Positions 56,425-64,000 of a DNA stretch of 64,000 nt are shown here, in pieces. This stretch comes from an uncultured Bacteroidales bacterium. Its GTDB lineage: Bacteria; Bacteroidota; Bacteroidia; Bacteroidales; VadinHA17. The stretch covers positions 197,152 to 261,151 of the forward strand of contig CAVURA010000008.1 in the NCBI GenBank assembly GCA_963743775.1, in the 5' to 3' direction. The notes under the pieces are model-generated. The model had not been told where the DNA came from, searched no databases, and saw only the letters and a program-made list of their open reading frames with translations. A program made the translations under genes and the position numbers. Each line of letters begins with the position of its first letter. Position 1 is the first letter of the stretch.

Positions 56425-56739
56425 ATGGAAAAGAAAGAAGCTGGCAAGCTTAACATAGACCAAACACTGTATACCACCAGGCTCAGCCGCCGTTATGCCG
56501 GGAGAAAGGCATATACACCGCCGCGTCCCGGCAGGATATACAGCTTTATCCCCGGCACGGTGATAGAGGTGCTGGTCAGGCAGGGTGATCTGGTGAATGC
56601 GGGGGATGATATAGTGATCCTTGATGCCATGAAGATGAAGAACAGGCTGAAGAGTCACGTCACAGGCAAAGTAGCAGCAGTCAACGTGAAACCTGGAGAC
56701 AGGGTGTCGAAAGGGATGGTCCTCGTAGAGATAGACTGA
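56425..56739 (+). CDS. Biotin carboxyl carrier (biotinyl/lipoyl attachment) protein
   Basis: The C-terminal domain is PGTVIEVLVRQGDLVNAGDDIVILDAMKMKNRLKSHVTGKV and contains the biotinylation motif AMKM. Confidence 0.85.
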   Translation: MEKKEAGKLNIDQTLYTTRLSRRYAGRKAYTPPRPGRIYSFIPGTVIEVLVRQGDLVNAGDDIVILDAMKMKNRLKSHVTGKVAAVNVKPGDRVSKGMVLVEID

Positions 56740-56758
56740 GGAATACTGACAGCAGAAA

Positions 56759-57577
56759 TCAGAGCTCTGCTGATATCAGCATCGATTTTACAAGATAATG
56801 AGGCAGGTCAGGTACCTCCCTGAAGATGCCATAAACTACCGACCCGCTGCCCGACATTGATGCAAATACTGCCCCTGCATCATACAGCGCCGTTTTCAGT
56901 TCGTCCAGCCTGGGATAGTTACGGAAGATATTCAGTTCAAAATCATTCATCACCTTGCCGCGCCATTCTGCCACCGGCAGCTTGAGCAGCTGCCTGAGCG
57001 ACAAGCCTGCAGGGTTAGGCACGCATCCGGCATACGCTTCAACAGTGCTTATGTTCAGGCCAGGGTTAAACAGCATTATGTGGTAGTGACTAAGGTCAAG
57101 AGGAAATTCTGAAAGGATATTGCCTACACCCTCTGCAAAAGAAGGTGTTGCGTCGATGAAGAACGGTGCGTCGCTGCCAAGTTTCTGGGCAAATGATCTC
57201 AGCTCCTCTGAATTAAGTCCGAACCCGAAATACCTGTTAAGGGCCTTCAGCATGCCTGCGGCATCCGATGATCCTCCGCCCAGGCCGGAGCCAACAGGGA
57301 TGGCTTTGTGCAGGTGAATTCGTATGGACGGGAAGTCAAAGGAGCCTCGCATCAGTTTCACTGCCTTCATCACCAGGTTTTTTTCCGGATCTGGTTCATC
57401 CATCACCCCGGTAACCCTCAGTGAATCGCCTCTGCGGCTGTCTCTCCGGACGACAAACTCAAGAGCATCAGCGAACTCAACAGGATAGAAGAAGGTCTCG
57501 ATATTATGAAAGCCATCAGGCCTCTTTTCAACGATCCTTAAGCCAATATTTATTTTCGCCTTGGGAAAAACAACCAT
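56759..57577 (-). CDS. ispE: 4-(cytidine 5'-diphospho)-2-C-methyl-D-erythritol kinase
   Basis: PKAKINIGLRI, the GHMP kinase motif PVGSGLGGGSSDAAG and MSGSGS are present. Confidence 0.9.
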   Translation of the reverse strand: MVVFPKAKINIGLRIVEKRPDGFHNIETFFYPVEFADALEFVVRRDSRRGDSLRVTGVMDEPDPEKNLVMKAVKLMRGSFDFPSIRIHLHKAIPVGSGLGGGSSDAAGMLKALNRYFGFGLNSEELRSFAQKLGSDAPFFIDATPSFAEGVGNILSEFPLDLSHYHIMLFNPGLNISTVEAYAGCVPNPAGLSLRQLLKLPVAEWRGKVMNDFELNIFRNYPRLDELKTALYDAGAVFASMSGSGSVVYGIFREVPDLPHYLVKSMLISAEL

Positions 57578-57600
57578 AACGCTGTCAAATCTTCAGGTAT

Positions 57601-57608
57601 CAAAAATA
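57601..57608 (-). promoter_or_regulatory. Bacteroidota -7 promoter box TATTTTTG (minus strand)
   Basis: Plus-strand caaaaata lies 23 nt upstream of the ispE ATG (57577). Confidence 0.45.
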
Positions 57609-57792
57609 TATGAACCTTTTCATATTTCATCATCTTTCGGTATTATATCCGTTTTCAACATTTTTTTAACACCTCCTGTTTGAAACAAAAAGCAGGCAGC
57701 TGAGCCCTGATGGTTTGTTATTGTTAAATTTGATCTTGGTCGGAATACTGATTCATTTTTCATATATCATTGTAAAATAATACCTTATCATA

Positions 57793-59319
57793 ATGGCACA
57801 AGTTACATCCAGGTCCAGGCAGGACAAGAAGTCTTCAGTTATGGTCATTCCGGAGGGAGGGAGGATACCGCCACAGACACCTGAGATGGAGGAGGCGGTG
57901 CTTGGAGCCGCGATGCTGGAGAATGAAGCTGCAAGGATGGTGGTTGATATCCTGAGGCCGGAGGTGTTCTATTCAACTGCACATCAGAAGATCTTTGCTG
58001 CCATTGATGAACTGAACAAGCGTGATCAGCCTATAGATCTTCTTACTGTCACTCAGGAGCTCAAACGGGTGAACGACCTTGATGAGGTCGGCGGGCCTGT
58101 CTACCTCACCGAGCTGACCTCAAAGGTTGTCTCTGCAGCCAACATAGATTATCACGCGCGCATCGTCCTTCAGAAATATATACAGCGCGAGCTGATACGG
58201 GCGGCAACCCTGATCCAGAACCTGGTTTATGAGGACACTCTCGATGTGACGGAGCTCCTTGACAGGAGTGAGGATGAGCTCTTCAGGATTGCTGAGGGTA
58301 ATATAAAGCATGAGGTTGCTCCGATACATGAGGTAATTAAACAGGCTCTGTCTGAGATAGAAGAGTTGGGGAAAAAAGAGGATGCGCTGGTGGGTGTGCC
58401 TTCGGGGTTCACCAAGCTCGACAGGCTGACTTCAGGATGGCAGAAGTCTGAGCTGGTGATCATCGCAGCGCGCCCCTCGATGGGCAAGACTGCTTTTGCG
58501 TTGACGATGGCACGCAATATGGCTATTGACCACGGGAAGAAGGTGGCCATTTTCTCACTCGAGATGGCAGCCATACAGCTTGTCAACAGGCTTATTGTGA
58601 CAGAGACAGAGATACCCGGAGAAAAGATCAGGAACGGCAAGCTCACTCCTGAAGAGTGGTCGCTTCTGGAAACGCGCATCAAATCACTTACTGAAGCATC
58701 GATATATATTGATGACACGCCTGCCATTTCAATATTTGAGCTAAGGGCAAAGTGCCGGAGGCTCAAGGCGCAGAATAAACTTGACCTGGTCATTGTCGAT
58801 TACCTGCAGCTGATGACCGGACCGCCTGATGCAGGAAGCCGCGAGCAGGAGGTCAGCTCGATCTCAAGGTCGCTCAAGAGCATTGCCAAGGAGCTGGCAG
58901 TACCCGTTCTGGCACTGTCACAGCTGAACAGGTCGGTCGAGACCCGTGGCGGAAACAAGAAGCCCATGCTGTCTGACTTGCGTGAGTCAGGTGCAATCGA
59001 ACAGGACGCTGATATGGTTGTGTTTATCCACAGACCTGAAAAAATGGGTGTCCTGCAGTTTGAAGATGGTGGATCGACCAAGGGTCATGCCGATATAATA
59101 CTTGCCAAGAACCGTAACGGTCCTACCGATGAGATTCTTCTCTATTTCAAGGAAGACCGTGCCACCTTTGTCGAGCCTGACGACTTTGGTTCTGAAGTAT
59201 CATTTCCAGCATCGCCGAAAGGTGGTGTCTATACGATGAAATCAAAGATGAACGATGATCTGTCGGCCGATTACAGCGATTATTCGCCGGATGACAACGG
59301 ACGCAAACCGTCATTCTGA
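57793..59319 (+). CDS. dnaB: Replicative DNA helicase
   Basis: It has the N-terminal domain PPQTPEMEEAVLGAAMLE, Walker A AARPSMGKTAFAL, Walker B VIVDYLQLM and LSQLNRSVE. Confidence 0.95.
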   Translation: MAQVTSRSRQDKKSSVMVIPEGGRIPPQTPEMEEAVLGAAMLENEAARMVVDILRPEVFYSTAHQKIFAAIDELNKRDQPIDLLTVTQELKRVNDLDEVGGPVYLTELTSKVVSAANIDYHARIVLQKYIQRELIRAATLIQNLVYEDTLDVTELLDRSEDELFRIAEGNIKHEVAPIHEVIKQALSEIEELGKKEDALVGVPSGFTKLDRLTSGWQKSELVIIAARPSMGKTAFALTMARNMAIDHGKKVAIFSLEMAAIQLVNRLIVTETEIPGEKIRNGKLTPEEWSLLETRIKSLTEASIYIDDTPAISIFELRAKCRRLKAQNKLDLVIVDYLQLMTGPPDAGSREQEVSSISRSLKSIAKELAVPVLALSQLNRSVETRGGNKKPMLSDLRESGAIEQDADMVVFIHRPEKMGVLQFEDGGSTKGHADIILAKNRNGPTDEILLYFKEDRATFVEPDDFGSEVSFPASPKGGVYTMKSKMNDDLSADYSDYSPDDNGRKPSF

Positions 59320-59323
59320 TCTG

Positions 59324-61975
59324 TTAATTGAACCTGAGCCTTAGGGTGATTCCGACACTGTTGTATTTCAGGTCATGGAAGCCTGCATATACTCCCAGCT
59401 CTGCCATTAGGAAGATCTCGCTCACAGAATATCCGATCTCGGAGTAAAAACCATAGTCCGGGGTCCAGAGAGATGCGATCCCGATATTTTCTCTCATGAG
59501 CGTCCTGCTTAATCCCGGCAGACGTTTAAGGATCAGCCATGGAGTGGTATAACGAATATGTGCCTCAGAAAAGAATGAGGGTGATGAGATTGAGTAGTAT
59601 GGCTTCAGGTAGAATGCGTCACTGAAGCTGTTAAGCAGCACAGGGGATTCCTGGGTGTTAAAGAAATACATGTCCTGTAACTGAAGGTGTTCCCTGTTAA
59701 TAAAACCACCTCCGGTCAGTCGCCAGTTGAATTCACTGAGGGCCCCGAACCTGTTTCTGCTTGAAATGTCAGCCTTAAGCAGATCATACTGGTCTGACAT
59801 TGTATCATTGTAATTGTAACCATGTTTCCATGTTAGTGTGAAGGTAGGATAGTCTGATCCGGCGATGATCTTTGAACCGTTTGAAATGCGGTAATGCTGA
59901 CGGGGGGTGTACTTCAGTTCTGCTATAAATGAGGCGTGAAAATGGTCTGTCGGAGCTATTGTCCCATAGCCGGGTACATCACCGGTGACAAACGGATTCT
60001 CGGGCAGGTTGACGGTATATTCTTTTTCGGGTTTGAAGAGAGAGAAATCGGAATTATTTTCGAGTGTCTGCCTGTGTTCCCACATAACCGACAGATTCAT
60101 GTTAAGACCATTTGCCAGCTCTCCATTGTGTCCGGCAATAATGAATGTGCTGTTATAAAGTTTCATCCAGTTCTCCCTGAAAAGAAGAGAGGAAAATGTA
60201 TTTATCACAGGGTTAATCCCTGAAGGAGAGAACTCTTTTGAAAAACTGCCCGTACGGATATAAATGGTGCCTGATGTCATGGGATTGTACAGTATGCCGG
60301 CATTCACCGCCCACATCAGACGCTCCCGGCCGAAGGCATATTTCACGGAAGGGGATAATGTCAGCCTGCCTTTCTCACCGGTCTTTGTTGTCATTGTCAT
60401 TCCGGTACCCAGAACAAATCCGTCAACAGTATTGAACGAAGCGGCTTTCAGGCTCACCAGTCCGTCAAACTCAATCACAGTTTTTTCAGATGCCTGCCAT
60501 CTTTTTCCGCTTATCACGGCCTTAAGGGCTTCTATGCCCGGTTTCTTGTCCTGGTCTTCAGATCCGTCCCCGATTTTTATTGCGAGTTTTGATGTATCGC
60601 GGGCAGCCAGGGTCCCTGAATCCGGTCCCTCCAGGGGCAGGCTTGTTACCTCCTCTGCTGTAAGCGGGATGGGGCGGACCTTCTCCCAGTACACAGAATC
60701 ATTACTGAGGGTATCCTTGTCGATTATATAAGTTGTTTTTTCCTTTATTTCGAGGCTTTTGTCGTCGTCCCTGGCAGCATTTGTTTCATTCAGTTTAACC
60801 AGTCTCGACATGTCACGGGTCGTGAGCTCATCTTTGGCTAATATTTTTTCAATCTCTTTCTGTGTTGGAGTCTTCAGCTCCGCCACAGGGCCATTTGCTG
60901 GTACCGCGCTGTATCCTGAAGGAGGAGAAAGTGATCTGTCAGGCTCCACCTCAAGATATTTCACGGCGCTGTTATAGGATGCCCCGGCCTTCACTCCGAC
61001 AACTGATAGGTCAAACCTGAATTCAAGGCTGACGGGTAACCAGATGCCTGCTTCAACCGGCATATAAACCTGCCTGACGTTGACCCTTCCTGCCATATTT
61101 TCATTTGCAAGGTCGAGGCTGTGAATAGCCCACAGATCCTCAACTATATAGATTACACCCTCAAACAGCTGCTGGCTTTTCCTCTTCGGGGTAACTTTGA
61201 TCTTGTCAATTACGAAATCACCCTGCGATGTCGAACCCAGGAATTCGAAGTTGTAATGTGAAAATGCATCAGGCGAGAGTGGAGAAATGGCTATTTCTGC
61301 TATGACAGGCTGATAGAAGCTGGCCTCCAGATAATCCATCGGGGATGTCTCGTTTTCACTTGCAGGAATATTGGATCGCGATGAGATTACCTGGTGGATG
61401 TATTTATCAGGCGCATTGAAAGTGATAACATTGACAGACTCCATGAAGTAGTACTGGCCCTCCTTGATCGGTGTTTCATTTGCCTCCACCTTCATCTGTC
61501 TCTTCAGCATCTTCGGGATCTTATCAATTTTGCCTCCCCCTTTTATGTATACTTCGGCCTTATACATTTTAACCTCGTTAAGATGGAACGGAGCCATTCC
61601 TATTGCCTTACGCATTATGAAGTACGCCGGGTCCCTTCCTGAGGAGGAAACCCTCACTGCGGGTATCTCAAAGAGTTGCTCGGTGAGGGTGATATCAGCG
61701 ATGATATCTGATTCTCCGACACTGATATTTCTAATGACAGGAGTATAACCGAGAAACTGCCAGGTGACGGTGAAGGTGCCGGAGGGAAGGGTTATTTCAT
61801 AAAGTCCGTCCTGGTTTGAGGTGGTACCCTGTCTGAGGCCGGTGACATAAACTGACGCTCCCGGCATGGGCATACCGGCTTCATCGGTTATCGTGCCGCG
61901 CAGTACCTGAGCATTGCATGCCATCCATGGAAACAGGATTGCCATAAGAATGATCAGCGATTTTCTGTTCATCAC
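59324..61975 (-). CDS. CarboxypepD_reg-like plus DUF5686-type large outer-membrane protein
   Basis: A signal peptide is followed by VLRGTITDEAGMPMPGASVYVTGLRQGTTSNQDGLY (carboxypeptidase regulatory-like fold). It is 883 aa with a beta-rich C-terminus ending RLRFN. Confidence 0.65.
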   Translation of the reverse strand: MMNRKSLIILMAILFPWMACNAQVLRGTITDEAGMPMPGASVYVTGLRQGTTSNQDGLYEITLPSGTFTVTWQFLGYTPVIRNISVGESDIIADITLTEQLFEIPAVRVSSSGRDPAYFIMRKAIGMAPFHLNEVKMYKAEVYIKGGGKIDKIPKMLKRQMKVEANETPIKEGQYYFMESVNVITFNAPDKYIHQVISSRSNIPASENETSPMDYLEASFYQPVIAEIAISPLSPDAFSHYNFEFLGSTSQGDFVIDKIKVTPKRKSQQLFEGVIYIVEDLWAIHSLDLANENMAGRVNVRQVYMPVEAGIWLPVSLEFRFDLSVVGVKAGASYNSAVKYLEVEPDRSLSPPSGYSAVPANGPVAELKTPTQKEIEKILAKDELTTRDMSRLVKLNETNAARDDDKSLEIKEKTTYIIDKDTLSNDSVYWEKVRPIPLTAEEVTSLPLEGPDSGTLAARDTSKLAIKIGDGSEDQDKKPGIEALKAVISGKRWQASEKTVIEFDGLVSLKAASFNTVDGFVLGTGMTMTTKTGEKGRLTLSPSVKYAFGRERLMWAVNAGILYNPMTSGTIYIRTGSFSKEFSPSGINPVINTFSSLLFRENWMKLYNSTFIIAGHNGELANGLNMNLSVMWEHRQTLENNSDFSLFKPEKEYTVNLPENPFVTGDVPGYGTIAPTDHFHASFIAELKYTPRQHYRISNGSKIIAGSDYPTFTLTWKHGYNYNDTMSDQYDLLKADISSRNRFGALSEFNWRLTGGGFINREHLQLQDMYFFNTQESPVLLNSFSDAFYLKPYYSISSPSFFSEAHIRYTTPWLILKRLPGLSRTLMRENIGIASLWTPDYGFYSEIGYSVSEIFLMAELGVYAGFHDLKYNSVGITLRLRFN

Positions 61976-61982
61976 AGAAATA

Positions 61983-62672
61983 TTATTCAGTATGATCTTT
62001 CAGGGAGGTACCGGCCACAACTATTACGAATTCACCCCTGGGGGCAGTTTCTTTAAAATGACCTGCGAGAGTACCAAGTGTTCCGTGAATTGTCTCCTCG
62101 AATTTTTTTGTCAGCTCCCTTGATACTGAAGCCCTGCGTTCATCACCGAAGGCTGCGGCCAGCTGCTCGAGGGTCTTAAGCACCCTGAACGGAGATTCGT
62201 AGAATATCATTGTACGCTCCTCCTCTGCAAGTACAGCCAGTCTCTTCTGTCTTCCCTTTTTCAGAGGGAGGAATCCTTCGAAGCAGAAACGGTCAGATGG
62301 CAGTCCTGAACTTACCAGCGCCGGCACAAAGGCAGTTGCTCCGGGCAGTGCCTCCACAGGTATACCCCGTTCAATACACCTTCTGACAAGCAGGAAACCA
62401 GGGTCGGATACACCGGGAGTACCTGCATCGGATACAAGAGCAGTTACAGTACCGTTTTCTATATTGTCACAGACAGCCTCGAGGCTGCGATGTTCGTTAA
62501 ACTTATGATGCGACCTGAGCGGCGCTTTAATGCTGTAATGATTAAGAAGCACGTGTGTTGTCCTGGTATCTTCGGCAAGAATAAGGTCTGCAGACTTCAG
62601 CACCTCAACGGCACGCATGGTGATATCACCAAGGTTGCCAATGGGTGTGGGTACCAGGTACAGTTTAGACAT
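61983..62672 (-). CDS. rsmI: 16S rRNA (cytidine1402-2'-O)-methyltransferase
   Basis: MSKLYLVPTPIGNLGDIT starts at the ATG at 62672, so the ORF-track start at 62705 adds 11 unlikely codons. EDTR, SDAGTPGVSDPG and FEGFLP are present. Confidence 0.9.
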   Translation of the reverse strand: MSKLYLVPTPIGNLGDITMRAVEVLKSADLILAEDTRTTHVLLNHYSIKAPLRSHHKFNEHRSLEAVCDNIENGTVTALVSDAGTPGVSDPGFLLVRRCIERGIPVEALPGATAFVPALVSSGLPSDRFCFEGFLPLKKGRQKRLAVLAEEERTMIFYESPFRVLKTLEQLAAAFGDERRASVSRELTKKFEETIHGTLGTLAGHFKETAPRGEFVIVVAGTSLKDHTE

Positions 62673-63399
62673 TAATATTGAATTTTCTGCGGACAACATC
62701 AACAAAAGATGACTGGGCTGCCGGGTCAGTGCCCATCACGGTGTTTTCGTCAAGGATCTTCATGGCTTCACCCAGTGATGCAGAAGAGTTGAGACGCTTG
62801 ATGGTATCCTGATATGCCCTTGTATCGCCGCTGAAAAGTTCGCGGATAAAATAGAATTTATCATTGATGCCTATTGCAGCGCCGATATCGCTTATGGGTT
62901 TGCTATGAAGGGCAGATGTTATGGCCTCATCCTGTCTGACAGATGTTGACTTTTCACCTATGGTATCACCGGCACTGAACTTGTCTGCCAGAATAGGTTT
63001 GCCTTTCTCTGCTGCCACTTCAGCCCTCACTTCCTGCTTGACTTCCGGCTTCGTCTCAGTCTTCACTTCCTGTTTCACTTCCGCCTTCACGTCAACCACC
63101 ACGTCCGGCTTTGCTTCAGCCTGCACATCAATCTTCACTTCCGGTTTTACTTCAGTCTTTATCTCAACCACCGGCTGCACTGAAGGAGCTGATCCTGCCT
63201 GATGTACCGGTGACTGTACCGGCACTTCACTCAGTTGCGGCAGCAGCTTCAGCATTTCCGTAGCGCTGTGCACTCTTGAGCGTGCCAGCTCTATCTCTGC
63301 AATCTGTGCACCGGGCGTCAATGACAGCTGGTCGAGCAATGCACTCACCTCATCCAGATCCCTCCTTATAATACTCACCGCTTTAATCAAATCCATCAC
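62665..63399 (-). CDS. Hypothetical protein: coiled N-terminus, charged (K/E)-P/Q-E-V-K repeat linker, conserved-looking C-terminal domain
   Basis: It is a 244-aa ORF whose stop overlaps the rsmI start by 8 nt. The C-terminal block is ISDIGAAIGINDKFYFIRELFSGDTRAYQDTI. I recognise no family. Confidence 0.5.
   Translation of the reverse strand: MMDLIKAVSIIRRDLDEVSALLDQLSLTPGAQIAEIELARSRVHSATEMLKLLPQLSEVPVQSPVHQAGSAPSVQPVVEIKTEVKPEVKIDVQAEAKPDVVVDVKAEVKQEVKTETKPEVKQEVRAEVAAEKGKPILADKFSAGDTIGEKSTSVRQDEAITSALHSKPISDIGAAIGINDKFYFIRELFSGDTRAYQDTIKRLNSSASLGEAMKILDENTVMGTDPAAQSSFVDVVRRKFNINV
63004..63171 (-). repeat. Degenerate in-frame 12-nt periodic repeat encoding VEIKTEVKPEVKIDVQAEAKPDVVVDVKAEVKQEVKTETKPEVKQEVRAEVAAEK
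   Basis: The plus strand reads ...cttcacttcctgtttcacttccgccttcacgtc...cttcacttccggttttacttcagtc... The repeat lies inside the 62665-63399 CDS. Confidence 0.7.
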
Positions 63400-63436
63400 C
63401 CTTTATTTTTTATAATGATCGCTTTTATTTATTTTG

Positions 63437-63444
63437 CAAAAGTA
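63437..63444 (-). promoter_or_regulatory. Bacteroidota -7 promoter box TACTTTTG (minus strand) within an imperfect inverted repeat
   Basis: Plus-strand caaaagta lies 37 nt upstream of the ATG at 63399. It forms the right arm of ttatttattttg|caaaagtaaataa (63425-63449). Confidence 0.35.
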
Positions 63445-63511
63445 AATAATAATCGTATCAGCCTGATATAATCGTTTTACATTATTGAACGGTGAAATCC
63501 TGATCTGAAGT

Positions 63512-64000
63512 ATGGAGTTTCTCGAAAATTCGGTAGATAATGCAGGTAAGCGCGGGTCAATAGAGGTGATCGCGGGGTCAATGTTCTCAGGCAAGACGGA
63601 AGAGCTTATAAGGAGGCTGCGAAGGGCATTGTTTGCAGGACTGAAGGTTGAGATTTTCAAACCGTCAATTGATGTAAGATATTCAGAGGACAGGGTTGTC
63701 TCCCATGATGAAAAATCAATCATCTCCACCCCGGTGGAAAACGCCTCGTCGATACTCCTTCTGGCTTCCGGTGTCGAGGTTGTTGGTATAGATGAGGCAC
63801 AGTTTTTTGACGCCAGCCTGGTGGAAGTGTGTACCAGTCTGGCTGATGCAGGCACAAGGGTAATAGTGGCAGGTCTTGACATGGATTTTGCCGGCAACCC
63901 TTTCGGACCCAATGCCGGCCCTGATGGCTGTGGCAGAATACATAAGTAAAGTACATGCAATATGTGTCAGATGCGGTAACCTCGCGAACTACTCCTACCG
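63512..64000 (+). pseudogene. tdk: Thymidine kinase, reading frame broken by a +1 shift at about 63908-63911; the 3' end lies outside the window
   Basis: The P-loop [24 protein letters not shown] and [17 protein letters not shown] are in one frame, which then runs into a stop at 63947. The expected continuation [29 protein letters not shown] is in the +1 frame from 63912 to the window end. Confidence 0.85.

Noticed and set aside
63004-63171. Periodic repeat that might be taken for a CRISPR-like or other non-coding array.
   Set aside because: The 12-nt period is in frame within a 244-aa ORF and has no spacer/repeat alternation. It encodes a charged low-complexity linker.

Overview
This is a chromosomal segment of a Bacteroidota genome. 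The evidence is two SusC/SusD pairs, a T9SS C-terminal sorting domain, and TAnnTTTG -7 promoter boxes upstream of many genes. I count about 50 protein genes. One of them, rpmH, is missing from the ORF track because it is under 60 aa. I recognised no rRNA, tRNA, CRISPR array, transposase, integrase or phage gene.

Layout:
- 1-12.2 kb: an arabinan-type polysaccharide utilisation locus. GH43, GH51 and a mutarotase on the + strand converge on lipoprotein-SusC-SusD-GH43 on the - strand.
- 12.9-25.3 kb: more glycan genes (a TAT-exported Gfo/Idh/MocA oxidoreductase, a double-DUF1080 lipoprotein, GH3-PA14 and a GH2 beta-galactosidase), interleaved with an rsmF-like gene, fhs and a mobA-like gene.
- 25.4-30.1 kb: small accessory genes (exported PHP phosphoesterase, POT transporter, DUF3267, DUF4294, elbB).
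- 30.4-35.9 kb: a second SusC/SusD pair with no enzymes, followed by a MORN-repeat protein.
- 35.9-64 kb: core housekeeping genes (pcm, gcvP, ddl, rluD, rpmH, rsmG, tgt, lptF/G, carboxyltransferase plus BCCP, ispE, dnaB, rsmI, tdk), mixed with conserved unknowns (LemA-TPM-TPM, a T9SS cargo protein, DUF5686, a KPEV-repeat protein).

I did not find a convincing self-contained novel multi-gene system. The best candidates for follow-up are:
1. The oxidoreductase/DUF1080 pair, as a periplasmic oxidative glycoside-cleavage module.
2. The PUL-leading lipoprotein, which carries a duplicated Trp-rich domain I cannot assign to a family.
3. The enzyme-less SusC/SusD pair, which has a long leader containing a hairpin.
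4. Four single-base (+1) frame disruptions in three conserved genes, all located in the last 20 kb.

All functional calls come from reading motifs in the translated ORFs. No database search was run.
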